The notes: generated from the letters alone by a model not told the origin. A stretch of DNA of 64,000 nt from an uncultured Acidobacteriota bacterium (GCA_963723535.1 CAVRRE010000016.1:12503-76502); one strand, 5' to 3'; counted from the first letter of the stretch, positions 1-13,642 are shown. Program-made: numbers and translations.

Positions 1-310
1 CCCGCTCGAAGGTCTCCGGGGGGCGGTTGGAGTCGGTGATCGCGAGCTCGCACGGCCGGAAGCGTCTCGAGCTGCTTGGCGGCGGCCGGCGAGAAGCTCG
101 GCCTGGGCCAGAAGCGCCAGGATCTCCCGGGCGGCGCGCATGTCGATCGTGAGGACGATCCGGTCGTTTCCGGCAGGCGGGCTGTCGTACGGCGCCTGCG
201 AGCCGGTTCCCGTCTTCGGCGCGAATGGCGGCGGCGACGGAGCCGACGACGGCGTGGCGCAGCCCGCCGAGGAGAACGGCCAGGAGCGCGCCGGCCGAAA
301 GACGCCTCAT
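1..310 (-). CDS. Putative secreted/lipoprotein of unknown function (5' part; runs off the window)
   Basis: ATG at 310 overlaps the HAD stop (ATGA). Reads MRRLSAGALLAVLL, then after a 1-nt shift GCATPSSAPSPPP...DRIVLTIDMRAAREILALL, which is lipobox-like. Confidence 0.5.
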   Translation of the reverse strand, partial: MRRLSAGALLAVLLGGLRHAVVGSVAAAIRAEDGNRLAGAVRQPACRKRPDRPHDRHARRPGDPGASGPGRASRRPPPSSSRRFRPCELAITDSNRPPETFER

Positions 311-1061
311 CCGAGGATCGCCTCCATCGCACGCTCGGTGTCGGCGAAGTCCGCGAGAAGCGCGTCGGGCTTCTCGGCCGCGAGCCGCTCGAGGCTCGTG
401 ATCCCGGTCGCGACCCCGACGGAGCGGACGCCCAGCGCGCGGCCGCACGCCACGTCGTGGATCGAGTCGCCGACGATGACGATCGACTTGCCCGCGAAGC
501 GCGCGGCCGGTGTGCGCGAGCGCCCGGTCGACCGCGACTCGTCGGAAGCTCGTAGCGGTCGGCGGAGTCGCTGCCGAACGCGCCGAAGGGGAAGTAGCGG
601 TTGTAGTCGGGCGGCGCGAGCTTCAGCCGCGCGCCGGCCTCGAGGTTGCCCGTCAGCAGGCCCAGCGTCACGTTCGTCTCCTGCCGCGAGACGCCCCAGC
701 AGCGCCGAGATGCCGGGCTTGGGGACGACCGTCCCGGGAGCGAGCCCGCGCTCGAGCTCCTCGAGGTAGAGCCCCAGCGCCCGGGCGAGGCCGGCGTCGA
801 ACCGCTCCCGTCCGACGTCCTCGAGCACCAGCTCCCGCACGATCTGGGGATCGGTCTTCCCCGAGAAGTCGAACTTGCTCGCGGTTCTGGTGCTCCGGAC
901 GTCGCCCGCCAGCCGAAGGCCGTCTCGAGGGCCCTGGAGGATCGAGTCGCGAGCCACCCGGCCCGCGGACAGAAGCGTGCCGTCGATGTCGAAGAGGACC
1001 AGCCGGTGGCCGTTGGAAGGTCGCGGCGGGAGAACGCCGCGCCAGATGCTCTGTCACCCAT
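307..1061 (-). CDS. HAD-superfamily hydrolase (phosphoglycolate phosphatase-like), frameshifted
   Basis: Motif I LVLFDIDGTLL near 960-1000, FSGKTD, motif IV IVGDSIHDVACG; split across frames. Confidence 0.85.
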
Positions 1062-1975
1062 CACCGGGCATCATATTCAAAGCCCGCCGCGTGCCAGGCG
1101 AGGATGTCGATCATCGCCGGTCTTCCAGTAGCGCCAGTCGTGCGTCTCCCGGCTCGAGCACGACGGTCGTCGGGACGCCGCGCTCGTTCAGCAGCATTCC
1201 GTACTGCGCGGCCACGCGCTCGAGGCCGTAGAAATCCTCGGTGCCGCCGCGCATGTGCACGCGGAAGGGCGGCTCCTCGAAGCACAGCCCCCAGAGCACG
1301 TTCCACGGATCGTTGTCGTCCAGAGAATTGTCCCTTTCGTCCTTTCCGAAAACGCGCTTCAGCGTGTACCGGGTGACCCAGTTGTAGCGGTCCAGGTCCT
1401 GCCATCCGATCGGGATGAGCGCGCCCGCGATCGCGGACACCGTTCCGTAGAGGTCGGGATGACTGCAGCGCCGTCTTCACCGCGCCGTATCCGCCCATCG
1501 AGATGCCCGTGATGCCGCGGGCGCGCCTTCGCCGGGATGCCGCGGTGGCGGGTCTCGACCCAGCGGGGAAGGTCCTCCGACGAGAAACTGCTCGAAGCGG
1601 CGGACGCCGTCGTGCGAGTCCGAGAACCAGCTGCCCACCGCGTCCGGCGCCACGATGAGAAACTCCGGCAGCCGGCCGTCGGCCATGCGCGCGCGCGCCT
1701 CCTGCGCGACGCCCCGCCGCTCGAGCGTCCGCCCGTTGCCCCAGCCGTCGTGGAGGAAATAGAGGACCGGATACCGGCGCCCGGGCGACGAGTCGTAGGA
1801 GGGCGGCAGAACGACCAGGCACCGCACCGCGGACGGCATCGTCGCGGTTTCGACCCGCTCGTAGAGGATGCCGGGCGTCGCTGCCCGTCCGGGCGCCGGC
1901 GCGAGCAGCCGCCGACAGAGGCCGCCGCGCAGAGGACCGCCGCGCTGCCGAAGATCCGACGGGCGCGAGACGCCG
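1061..1975 (-). CDS. Putative esterase (alpha/beta hydrolase, Fes/FrmB-like), frameshifted; start approximate
   Basis: VLPPSY..YPVLYFLHDG and nucleophile elbow GISMGG, in ORFs 1477-1839, 1061-1822 and 1111-1440. Confidence 0.8.
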   Translation of the reverse strand, partial: RRLAPVGSSAARRSSARRPLSAAARAGARTGSDARHPLRAGRNRDDAVRGAVPGRSAALLRLVARAPVSGPLFPPRRLGQRADARAAGRRAGGARAHGRRPAAGVSHRGAGRGGQLVLGLARRRPPLRAVSRRRTFPAGSRPATAASRRRRARGITGISMGGYGAVKTALQSSRPLRNGVRDRGRAHPDRMAGPGPLQLGHPVHAEARFRKGRKGQFSGRQRSVERALGAVLRGAALPRAHARRHRGFLRPRARGRAVRNAAERARRPDDRRARAGRRTTGATGRPAMIDILAWHAAGFEYDAR

Positions 1976-1978
1976 GTC

Positions 1979-2746
1979 TCAGGGAGCGGCCGGCGGAAGG
2001 AAAAGCGAGTCGTCGCGCGCCGGCGCCACCGCGACGTTCTCGAACCGGATCTCGAAGGGCTGGCCGACCATCGGCTTGTCGAGAGACAGCATCAGCCCTC
2101 CCATCTTCCGCCAGTCCTTCCACTCCGCCGTCGTCGGCGGGGACGACGCGCCGCCGAGGACGTACTGCCACTGCAGCATGCGGCGGCCGTCCTGCGTGAC
2201 CCAGAGCCAGTAGACGTCCTTGGGCGTCAGGCCGACGTTTTCGAAGGACAGCTTGAGAACGTCGCAGCCGCCTCCCCCGGGGCAGGGCTTCTCGCCGTCG
2301 TACGCAAGGTGGACGCCCGGGTCGAAGATCTTCCAGGGCGCGAGCAGCCAGTACGTGTCGTTGATGAAGCGGCCGTAGGCGGCCTCGATCTGCTTGTCTT
2401 TCTCCGCGCCCTGGGCTTCCACGCCGTTGACCCAGGCGCGGCCCTGTCTTCGTGTTCACGTTGAAGAGAACCGTGTACGGCGCGCCCGCCTTGTCGACGC
2501 CCTTCACGCGATAGTCGCCGGTGTAGCGGTCCCAGACGTGCGCGAAGCGGGCGACTTCCTTGCCCTCCCGGATGACGACGAAGTCGAACTGGAACTGCCG
2601 GGCCTTCTCCCACGCGGGCATGCCGCCCATGGCCGCGACGAGCTCCTTGCCGACGGCGTCCGCTTTCGCGTCGCGCTCGGCAGCGGCCACGCCGATCCGC
2701 GGCCGATCAGCAGCATCAGAACCGCGGCCGCCCGGCCCGTTTTCAT
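1979..2746 (-). CDS. Secreted hypothetical protein, LolA-like/DUF6503-like, frameshifted
   Basis: Signal peptide MKTGRAAAVLMLL; AMGGMPAWEKARQFQFDF; FINDTYWLLAPWK. Confidence 0.65.
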
Positions 2747-2784
2747 GGCCGGATCATATGCCCGACACCGCTAGACTCAGGATA

Positions 2785-3274
2785 GTGGGCAGTGTGGCGG
2801 AACACGAGCGAATGGCCCCGGACCTTCACGCGGCCCTCGCCGGCGTGGGATTCCGGAAGCGCCGCCGCATGGTCCTGCTCCTGTTGACGACCGACCCCGG
2901 AAGGCTTTCCGCGCGTCGCTCTGCTCACGATGGGCGAGGTCCGGGCCAACTCGGCCTCGGAGCTCGCGGTCGCCGTCCGCGCCGGCAGCCGCACGGCCTT
3001 CAACCTCGTGCGGCGGGGCACCGCCACCCTCCTCTACATGAACCGCCGGGTCACGGCCTCCGTTCAGGCGCGCGCCGGCAGGGGCCGCGTCAGCGGCGCC
3101 GACCCGGCCCGGCGCCTCTTTCCGCTCAAGGTCGAGCGCGTCCGCGTCGACCGCCCGGCGGCCGAGGAGGGCGACGTGGCGCTTCTGACCGGGCCGACCT
3201 TCGGAGGCGCCGACGCGGCCGGGCTCTTCTCCGCCGAGCTCTTCGACGAGCTCGGAAAGGTCAGGCCGGCATGA
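2785..3274 (+). CDS. Pyridoxamine 5'-phosphate oxidase-like (FMN split-barrel) protein, frameshifted near 2898
   Basis: LLLTTDP(x)[13 protein letters not shown]...GSRTAFNL resembles PNPOx-like proteins; stop overlaps the SDR start (ATGA). Confidence 0.55.
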
Positions 3275-4006
3275 AGTTCGAGAAGCGCACCGTCCTCGTC
3301 ACCGGAGCCGGCCGCGGCATCGGCCGCTCGATCGCCCTCCGCTTCGCCGAGGAAGGCGCGCGCGTCGCCCTGGTCGCTCGCACGCTGACGGAGCTCGAGG
3401 ACACGGCGCGGCGGATCGAAGCGCTGCGGCGGCCGCGGTCTCGCCATCTCCGCCGACGTCACGGCGCGAGGCGCCGCCGAGCGAGTGCGTCGCCCGCACC
3501 GAGAGCGAGCTCGGACCGATCGACATCCTCGTCAACAACGCCGGCGTCTTCATCTGGCGGCCGTTTCTCAAGATGAGCCCGGAGGACTGGGACCGCGTCC
3601 TCGCCACGAACCTCACGGGAGCGGCCGACTTCTGCCGGGCCGTCCTTCCGCGGCATGGTCGAGCGCCGCCGCGGCCGCATCGTCAACGTCGCCTCCATCC
3701 ACGGCATGCGGGGCGACGCCAACGTCGCCGCTCAGGCCGCCGCCAAGTTCGGCCTCATCGGCCTGACCCAGAGCCTCGCGCGCGAGTTCCGCGCCCACAA
3801 CATCGCCATCAACGCCGTCTGCCCCGGCACCGTCGAGAACAAGAAGGACGAGGGGGACGCGCTGCACGAGGAGCCCCTCGCCGAGAAGCTCTGGCCCCGC
3901 GACGTCGCCCGGGCCGTCCTCTTCCTCGCCTCCGACGACGCCGCCGCGATCACCGGCACCGCCCTCGAGGTCTTCGGCGGGACGCACGTGACGATCCAGC
4001 GCCTGA
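3271..4006 (+). CDS. Short-chain dehydrogenase/reductase (atypical active site), frameshifted
   Basis: [35 protein letters not shown] motifs; the YxxxK position reads QAAAK. Confidence 0.85.
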
Positions 4007-4088
4007 TCGGGGCAAACGACCCAGCCCCTCAACCCATTCGCCTCGTTCGACGTAATAGTCTTCACACGTTTCCATGCGAGGAGGAACC

Positions 4089-4840
4089 ATGCAGAGATTC
4101 GCGAGGGATCCTGGCCGGTCCTTGCGCTCCTGGGCGCCCCTGGCGCTCGATGCGGCGAGCGCCCCGACCGCCGACGAGATCATCGCCAGCTACGTCAAGA
4201 CGATCGGCGGCATGGAGAAGCTCGAGGCCATCAAGACGCTCAAGAAGACCGGCCGCTACACGAGCGGGGGCGGCCTCGAAGCGAAGGTCGTCGAGGAGAG
4301 CAAGCGGCCGGACCTGGTGCGGCAGGAGTTCGTGCTGCAGGGCATGACCGGCATCACGGCCTGCGACGGGAAAGACCGGCTGGAAGATCGAGCCCTGGCA
4401 GGGCAAGAAGGACGTCGAGCCGCTCGGCGAGGAGGAGCTGAAGCAGATCCTCGAGGACGCCGACTTCGACGGCCCGCTCGTGAACTACAAGCAGAAGGGG
4501 AACACGGTCGAGCTCGTCGGCACGGAGCCGGTCGAGGGGACCGACGCCTACAAGCTGAAGGTGACGCTGAAGGCCGGCGACGTCCAGTACTTCTTCATGG
4601 ACACGGACTACTTCGTCCCGATCAAGATCGAGAAGACGCGCATCGTCCGCGGGGCGCCGCGCGAGTCGGAGACGTCGATCGGCGACTACAAGGAAGTCGC
4701 CGGCGTGTATTTCCCCCACTCCTTCGAGTCCGGCCAGAAGGGCAGCGCGAACCGCGCCAAGGTCGTCTACGACAAGGTCGAGGCGAACGTGCCGCTCGAC
4801 GACAGCCGGTTCCATCCGCCCGCAGGGGCCGGGGAAGTGA
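4089..4840 (+). CDS. Secreted LolA-like / outer-membrane lipoprotein-sorting-type protein, frameshifted
   Basis: RBS GAGGA; TADEIIASYVKTIGG; VELVGTEPVEGTDAYKLKVT; DYKEVAGVYFPH. Confidence 0.7.
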
Positions 4841-4848
4841 GGCGCGCC

Positions 4849-8017
<3,169 letters not shown>

Positions 8018-8224
8018 GCTCTCGGGCTCAGGGTCGCGGGAGCGGGCCGGGCGGCCGATCCGCTGGTGCTGATTCGGGGCGATCTCCGCACCGGACCGTC
8101 GAAGGTTGCGTGCGGACGGTCGACCGACCGGAAGACGATGCCGGAACCGGCGCAGCGTATCGGCATCCGGCGCGAGGCGCAGCGGCGACCACTTCGCAGC
8201 CCGCGTCCGACGCTCTTCAGGACG

Positions 8225-8352
8225 CCGACGTGGTTCAGCTCGACAGTGTCCGCTACCGGAACGACGAGCTCGTGCCGAACCCCAATTTTGGAACCCCGAA
8301 CATCGTCGCCGACCCCCGCCGCATCCAGTTCGGTTTGAGAGCCTCGTTCTAG
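8225..8352 (+). pseudogene. Orphan C-terminal fragment of a TonB-dependent receptor
   Basis: ...VPNPNFGTPNIVADPRRIQFGLRASF* is a typical TonB-receptor last beta-strand; no upstream body is present. Confidence 0.6.
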
Positions 8353-8391
8353 GCTCACTCAACTCAATTCACCGCATGCGTCGCTTCCAGC

Positions 8392-9414
8392 TCAGCGGGT
8401 GGAAGTAAACCGCACGATCGTCCCCTTGGGGCCGACGGCCCAGCCGGTGTTCGCGTCGGAGAACGCCACGGCGTTGAGAGGCGTGGCGTCGAGCTTTCGC
8501 CACGTCTTGCCCCAATCGTCGCTGACGGCGGTGCCGAGCGGGCCGACGGCGAACAGGCGCGCGGGCATGCGGGGCACGGCGACGACGGCCGAGAAGAAAC
8601 CGGTTTCCGAGACCGGCGCGGGCTTCCAGGTGCGGCCGCCGTCTTCGCTGCGTGTGCCGTTCAAGCCCGCGAGAGCGGGCTCCTTGTAGTTGCCGCCGAC
8701 GGCGAATCCGGTCTTCGCATCGAGAAACGCGACCGAGAAGAGTCCCGAGGACGGGTTTCCGGCGGGCTGAGGATTGGGCGCGGAGCTCCAGGAGCGTCCC
8801 CGGTCGAAGGTGCGGAAGACGCGCGACATCCGGGCGCCGCCGGTGACGAACCAGCCTTGCTGGCTCCCCTTCAGCACACTGAGGCACGTTCCGCTCGCGG
8901 CGAAGGCGCCCTCTCCGGGAAACGCCTCGGACATGGCGCCGGGAGGCGGCGGAGCCCAGGTCAGGCCGCCGTCGGAGGTCAGTGGAGTGACGAATCGGCC
9001 GTTGACCGGATCACCGAGCACGACACCGTGCTTCGCGTCCCAGAACGCGATGGCGTCGTAGAAGCCGTCCTTGTCGGGGTTCGTGTGGACGAGGGTCCAG
9101 GTCTTGCCGTCGTCGGTCGTCCGGTAGATGCGGGAGAGCTCGCCCGGGCCCGCCGCGAGCACGAGGACGGCGTTGTCCGGGAGGATCTCGACGTCGCGGA
9201 AGTCGAGCTTCTCGCCGCCGGGAACGGCCATCTTCTCCCACCGGCGGCCGCCGTCGCGCGTCCGGAGCACCGTCCCGTCCGCGCCCGTGGCCCAGGCCCG
9301 CGTCGCGTCGTGCACGGCGATGCCGCGGAGCTCCGCGGTCGAGCCGCTCGTCTGCGGCGTCCAGACGCCGGCCGCCGCGGCGGCGGCGGCCACTCTCAGC
9401 ACGAGGCCGATCAC
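8392..9414 (-). CDS. YCF48-like/BNR beta-propeller secreted protein
   Basis: Signal peptide; RTRDGG, TTDDGKTW, GEGAFAASGTC, GWAVG repeats; GTG overlaps the TauE stop. Confidence 0.85.
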   Translation of the reverse strand: MIGLVLRVAAAAAAAGVWTPQTSGSTAELRGIAVHDATRAWATGADGTVLRTRDGGRRWEKMAVPGGEKLDFRDVEILPDNAVLVLAAGPGELSRIYRTTDDGKTWTLVHTNPDKDGFYDAIAFWDAKHGVVLGDPVNGRFVTPLTSDGGLTWAPPPPGAMSEAFPGEGAFAASGTCLSVLKGSQQGWFVTGGARMSRVFRTFDRGRSWSSAPNPQPAGNPSSGLFSVAFLDAKTGFAVGGNYKEPALAGLNGTRSEDGGRTWKPAPVSETGFFSAVVAVPRMPARLFAVGPLGTAVSDDWGKTWRKLDATPLNAVAFSDANTGWAVGPKGTIVRFTSTR

Positions 9415-9770
9415 TTGCCCCACAGCATCCTCACCGAAACGAGCAGCAGGAAGGCTCCGAACATCCGGCGGAGCGTGAGGTCCGAGACCGGCTCCACGAG
9501 CTTCGCGCCGAGGAAGGCCCCGACGAGAAGGCCCGCGGCGAGCAGGGCCGAGTACTTCAGGTTGACGTTGCCGTTCTTCCAGTAGACCCACGCGGAGAGC
9601 GCCCCCACCGGCAGAAGCAGGGCGCCGAGGGAAGTGCCCACGGCGGCGTGCTGCTTCATGCCGTAGAGCAGCACGAGCGCCGGGACGATGATGAGCCCGC
9701 CGCCGATGCCGAACATGCCGGCGAAGACTCCCGCGAGCGTGCCGACGAGAAGAAGCCCCGCGATCTGCAT
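9411..9770 (-). CDS. Sulfite exporter TauE/SafE (TSUP) family, half-size
   Basis: GVFAGMFGIGGGLIIVPAL, AVGTSL; RBS GGAGG. Confidence 0.85.
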   Translation of the reverse strand: MQIAGLLLVGTLAGVFAGMFGIGGGLIIVPALVLLYGMKQHAAVGTSLGALLLPVGALSAWVYWKNGNVNLKYSALLAAGLLVGAFLGAKLVEPVSDLTLRRMFGAFLLLVSVRMLWGK

Positions 9771-9786
9771 CGGTGACCTCCTGGGG

Positions 9787-10574
9787 TTACGCGGGCGGCC
9801 GCGGATACGCGAGACCCGTTTCGTGAGCCTCGGTGCCTCCGCGGATCTCGAGCGCGAGATCGGGCGCGTTGGTGGTGATGGACGCGACGCCCGCGGCCAG
9901 CAGCCTGCGGATCTCGTCCGGCCTCGTCGGCCGTCCAGGGATGGACGGACAGATTCACCATCGCGGCCTGGGACAAAAGCGTCGGGTTGACGAGGTCCTT
10001 GCGCGGCGCGATCGCGTCGACCGGCGGGAAGAGCGGCGTCGCCTGGCCGGGCGAGGGAAGCGCGACGGGATGGTCGAAGATGTAGCTCGTCGGCAGCGTC
10101 GGCGTCCGCTTCGCGCATGCGCTTGAGAAACTCGGCGTCGAACGAGCCGACGACGACCCGCCGCTCGACTCCGAAGACCGACACGAGCTTCGCGATGCGG
10201 CGGGCCATCGTGCCCATCTGCAGCCCGGGCGAGCTCTTGACCTCGACGATGTAGCGCAGCGCGGTTCCGTAGCGGTGGAAGACCTGCTCGAGCTTCGGGA
10301 TCCGGTACTCGCCCAGCTCGGAGGGAATGACGAGCTTCTCGATCTCGCGCCAGGTGAACGTCCGCACGGGAAGGCGCTGCGTGCCGAGAACGATGTCGTC
10401 GTCGTGGAAAACGACGGCCTCGCCGTCCCGCGTCTGGCGCACGTCGAACTCGATCGCGTCGGCCCCGAAGCTCTCGGCGAAGTCGAAGCTCGCGAGCGTG
10501 TTCTCGCGGGCCCGCCGCGGCGCGCCGCGGTGGCCCACGATCCAGGTGGGGTGCGGCTCCTTCCAGTCGCTCAT
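9787..10574 (-). CDS. Glycerophosphodiester phosphodiesterase, 3' frameshifts
   Basis: IVGHRGA..ENT, IEFDVRQTRDG, VFHD, VEVK, VHPWT. Confidence 0.85.
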
Positions 10575-10584
10575 CGGGGCGGCA

Positions 10585-11307
10585 TTATGCCCCGGCCGAT
10601 CCGGCAGAAGCCGACACGACCTCGGCGAGGATCGCCCCGAGCGCGGCGTCCGGGTCGGGGGCGGCCGTGACGGGCCGGCCGACGACGAGCAGATCCGCTC
10701 CCGCCGCGACCGCCCGGCCGGGCGTCGCGACGCGCTTCTGATCCCCGACGTCGGCTCCCGCGGGGCGGATGCCCGGCACGACGGTGAAGAAGGCCGGCCC
10801 GCACGCGGCGCGAATTCCGGGAAGGTCCGCGCCGGAGCAGACGACGCCATCGAGGCCGCACTCTTTCGCCAGCAAGGCAAGGCGCCGCGCGATGGCCTCG
10901 GGCTGCCCGGCCATCGGCAGATCCGCGAGCGTCTTCGCGTCGATCGACGTGAGCACCGTGACCGCGATGAGCTTCTCGAGGCCCGCGCGCCGAGCGGCCT
11001 CGCGCGCCGCCTCGAGCATCGCGCGGCCACCCGACGCGTGCACGTTGACCATCGCCGCGCCCGACCGCGCGGCCGACGCGACGGCGCCGGCGACCGTCGC
11101 GGGAATGTCGTGGAACTTCAGGTCCAGGAACACCCGCGCGCCCGAGGCTTTCGCGACCTCCTCGACGAGCCCCGGGCCCTCGGCGACGAACGCCTCGAGC
11201 CCGACCTTCAGCCAGCCGACGCGCCCGGCCAGGCGGGTCGCCATGGCGAGCGCCTCATCGCGCGTCGGGAAGTCGAGAGCGATACAGATGCGCTCGGAGG
11301 CCTTCAC
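10585..11307 (-). CDS. pyrF: Orotidine 5'-phosphate decarboxylase
   Basis: IALD, LKVG, FLDLKFHDIPATV, VPGIRP, VVGRPVT. Confidence 0.95.
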   Translation of the reverse strand: MKASERICIALDFPTRDEALAMATRLAGRVGWLKVGLEAFVAEGPGLVEEVAKASGARVFLDLKFHDIPATVAGAVASAARSGAAMVNVHASGGRAMLEAAREAARRAGLEKLIAVTVLTSIDAKTLADLPMAGQPEAIARRLALLAKECGLDGVVCSGADLPGIRAACGPAFFTVVPGIRPAGADVGDQKRVATPGRAVAAGADLLVVGRPVTAAPDPDAALGAILAEVVSASAGSAGA

Positions 11308-12257
11308 CCCTCGGCCCCCGCTTCGCCGCCGACCTTCGTCGACGGACGATGCGCCCGGCCGACGAGCTCGGCGACGCTCGTCTTCCTCCACTCGCAGTAC
11401 CCGGCGAGCTCGCCGACGAGGCGGCCCGAGACCGCGGGATCCTTGAAGTTCGCGGTGCCCACCTGGATGGCCGTCGCTCCGGCGGCCAGGAACTCGAGGA
11501 CGTCCGAGAGATCGGAGATTCCACCGATCCCCATCAGCGGCACATCCGGCAGCGCCTTGTGGACCTGGTAGACCATGCGGACGGCGAGTGGCCGGATCGC
11601 CGGCCCGGAGAGCCCGCCCGTCCCGAAAGAGGTCCGCGGCCTGGCGGTCTCGGGATCGATGACCATGCCGACGAACGTGTTCACGAGGGAGAGGATGTCG
11701 GCGCCGGCGTCCCGGGCGGCGCGGGCCGATTCGACGAGGTCCGGAGCGTTGGGCGAGAGCTTGACGATCAGCGGACGCGTCGTCGCCGAGCGCACCCGCG
11801 CCACGAGCGAGCGTGTCGCCTCGGGCGAGTTGCCGAAGAGCATGCCGCCGCGCTGGACGTTGGGGCAGGAGATGTTGAGCTCGACGGCGGCGATTCCGTC
11901 GGCGCCCTCGAGCGCCCGGACCACCGTCACGTAGTCCTCCTCGAGGTCTCCCCAGACGTTCGCGATGACCGTCGCGCCGAGCTCGCGCAGCTTCGGCAGT
12001 TTCTCCGTCACGAACTCCTCGACGCCGACGTTCTGCAGGCCGATCGCGTTCAGCATCCCGGCGGGCGTCTCGCAGATCCTCGGGGGCGCATTTCCGGCGT
12101 GCGGCTTCAGCGACAGCCCCTTCGTGCAGAGACCCCCGATCTTCGAGAGGTCCACGAAGTCCGTGAATTCCAGGCCGTAGCCGAACGTCCCCGAGGCGGT
12201 CGTGATCGGATTGCGCAGCGTCAGCGGGCCGAGGCGGACCTCGAGGGGCGAGCTCAC
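11304..12257 (-). CDS. pyrD: Dihydroorotate dehydrogenase (class 1B) catalytic subunit
   Basis: ASGTFGYG, NAIGLQN, ELNISCPN, VKLSPN, GGLSG. Confidence 0.95.
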   Translation of the reverse strand: MSSPLEVRLGPLTLRNPITTASGTFGYGLEFTDFVDLSKIGGLCTKGLSLKPHAGNAPPRICETPAGMLNAIGLQNVGVEEFVTEKLPKLRELGATVIANVWGDLEEDYVTVVRALEGADGIAAVELNISCPNVQRGGMLFGNSPEATRSLVARVRSATTRPLIVKLSPNAPDLVESARAARDAGADILSLVNTFVGMVIDPETARPRTSFGTGGLSGPAIRPLAVRMVYQVHKALPDVPLMGIGGISDLSDVLEFLAAGATAIQVGTANFKDPAVSGRLVGELAGYCEWRKTSVAELVGRAHRPSTKVGGEAGAEG

Positions 12258-13051
12258 AGCCGGTCCCACGCGATCTTCTCGGGCGAGAGGATGGGCCCCT
12301 CGCTGCACGAGACCAGAAACGGCTTTTCGGTCCCCGGAATCACGCAGCCGAGACACGCCCCGAAGCCGCATCCCATGTCGGCCTCGGTCGAGAACTCCGC
12401 GGCCACGCCGGCGCCGCCGACCACCTTCGCGAGGGCGGCGAACATCGGCATGGGTCCGCAGGCGAAGACGCGCGCGTAGCGCGTTCCGGCGGCCAGCCTC
12501 CGCGCGAGCGCTTCGGTGACGAAGCCCTTCTCGCCGAGCGACCCGTCGTCGCTCGAAAGGATCGTCTCGCCGGGGACGAGGCCTTCGAACCGCGCCCGAA
12601 GCGAGAGCTCCCGCGCGTTTCGCCCGCCCAGGTAGAGGTCGCAGGCGACCGAGGCCGAGCGCAGCACGCCGAGGAGCAGGGGAAACGGCGCCGCGCCGAT
12701 CCCTCCGGCGACGATCGCGACGCGGGCGCCGGCGGCGAGGTCCCCGACGTGGAAGGAGTTGCCCAGCGGCCCGAGAAGCCGGACGCTCGACCCCTCGGGC
12801 AGAACCTCGAGCGTCGCGGTCCCGGGCCCGATCGTCTTGACGAGGAGCTCGATCTCGCCGCCCCGGGGGTTCGAGTCCGCCACCGAGTACGCGCGCCGCA
12901 GGTACGGCCGCATCCGGTCGGGAACCTCGACCATCGCGAATTGTCCGGGGAGGACCGCCGCCGCGAGATCAGGGCAACGGAAGGTCACGGAAAACAGGCC
13001 GTGCGAGAAGAAATGGCGCCTCAGCAGCGTCGCCCGGTGGTCGGCCTTCAC
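12254..13051 (-). CDS. pyrK: Dihydroorotate dehydrogenase electron transfer subunit
   Basis: PGQF, RRAYS, AGGIG, ACGP, MGCGFGACLGC...C 2Fe-2S motif. Confidence 0.92.
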   Translation of the reverse strand: MKADHRATLLRRHFFSHGLFSVTFRCPDLAAAVLPGQFAMVEVPDRMRPYLRRAYSVADSNPRGGEIELLVKTIGPGTATLEVLPEGSSVRLLGPLGNSFHVGDLAAGARVAIVAGGIGAAPFPLLLGVLRSASVACDLYLGGRNARELSLRARFEGLVPGETILSSDDGSLGEKGFVTEALARRLAAGTRYARVFACGPMPMFAALAKVVGGAGVAAEFSTEADMGCGFGACLGCVIPGTEKPFLVSCSEGPILSPEKIAWDRL

Positions 13052-13079
13052 CGAGCCGCGATTCTATCGAATTGCCGTC

Positions 13080-13274
13080 TCAGACCTCGATCTCGCCGCG
13101 GAATACCACTTCCGTCTCGGGATCCTCGCGGCGTGCTTTCTCGACGCACTTCTCACAAAGGAGCCGTCCGCCCACCTCGCCGTAGGGTCGCGAGTAGCTT
13201 CCGCAGCCGTGGCAGCGCCGGAGCGCCCGATGGTGGGCGTTCAGATCCAGCACCGCTTGTTCTCGTCGCATCAT
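13080..13274 (-). CDS. Small putative zinc-ribbon protein (about 64 aa)
   Basis: RBS AAAGGAG before ATG; CHGC...CEKC pairs. Confidence 0.55.
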   Translation of the reverse strand: MMRREQAVLDLNAHHRALRRCHGCGSYSRPYGEVGGRLLCEKCVEKARREDPETEVVFRGEIEV

Positions 13275-13426
13275 CCTGTCGCTCCTTTCGATACACGAAT
13301 CCGCAGAGCACGAGTCATACCCGAATCGCAAACACTCACAACACGGCACTTAGGCGCAGTGGCCGCGCCGCGAATGTGTCGCCTCCTTAGGCGACGGAGT
13401 CCTCCACCGAGGTCAGAACCGGGACC

Positions 13427-13642
13427 CTAGAGTACCTTCTTCGCGCGGAGATCTTCGAGGATGTTCAGGCCGAGCAGCACGACGGCGGCGAGGAGCAGCA
13501 GCGGCCCGATGAACATGAACGCGGTGAAGAGGTAGGCGGTCTCCTTCAGGAGCAGAGCGAACGCCAGGATCACCGCGACCAGCGTGAAGATCGCGGCGAG
13601 ACGGAGACGCCAGACCGCTCGCTGCTCGGGTGTGGCGCTCAT
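13427..13642 (-). CDS. Small 2-TM membrane protein, last gene of the cytochrome operon
   Basis: MSATPEQRAVWRLRLAAIFTLV... with two hydrophobic segments; ATG overlaps the tetraheme stop (ATGA). Confidence 0.7.
   Translation of the reverse strand: MSATPEQRAVWRLRLAAIFTLVAVILAFALLLKETAYLFTAFMFIGPLLLLAAVVLLGLNILEDLRAKKVL

Noticed and set aside
13200-13215. CHGC in the small ORF as a heme-binding motif
   Set aside because: It is not CxxCH and has no signal peptide; it fits a zinc ribbon.
11304-13400. PyrR attenuator upstream of pyrKDF
   Set aside because: No recognisable PyrR-binding loop or U-rich terminator; pyrK appears to have a -10 box directly before its start.
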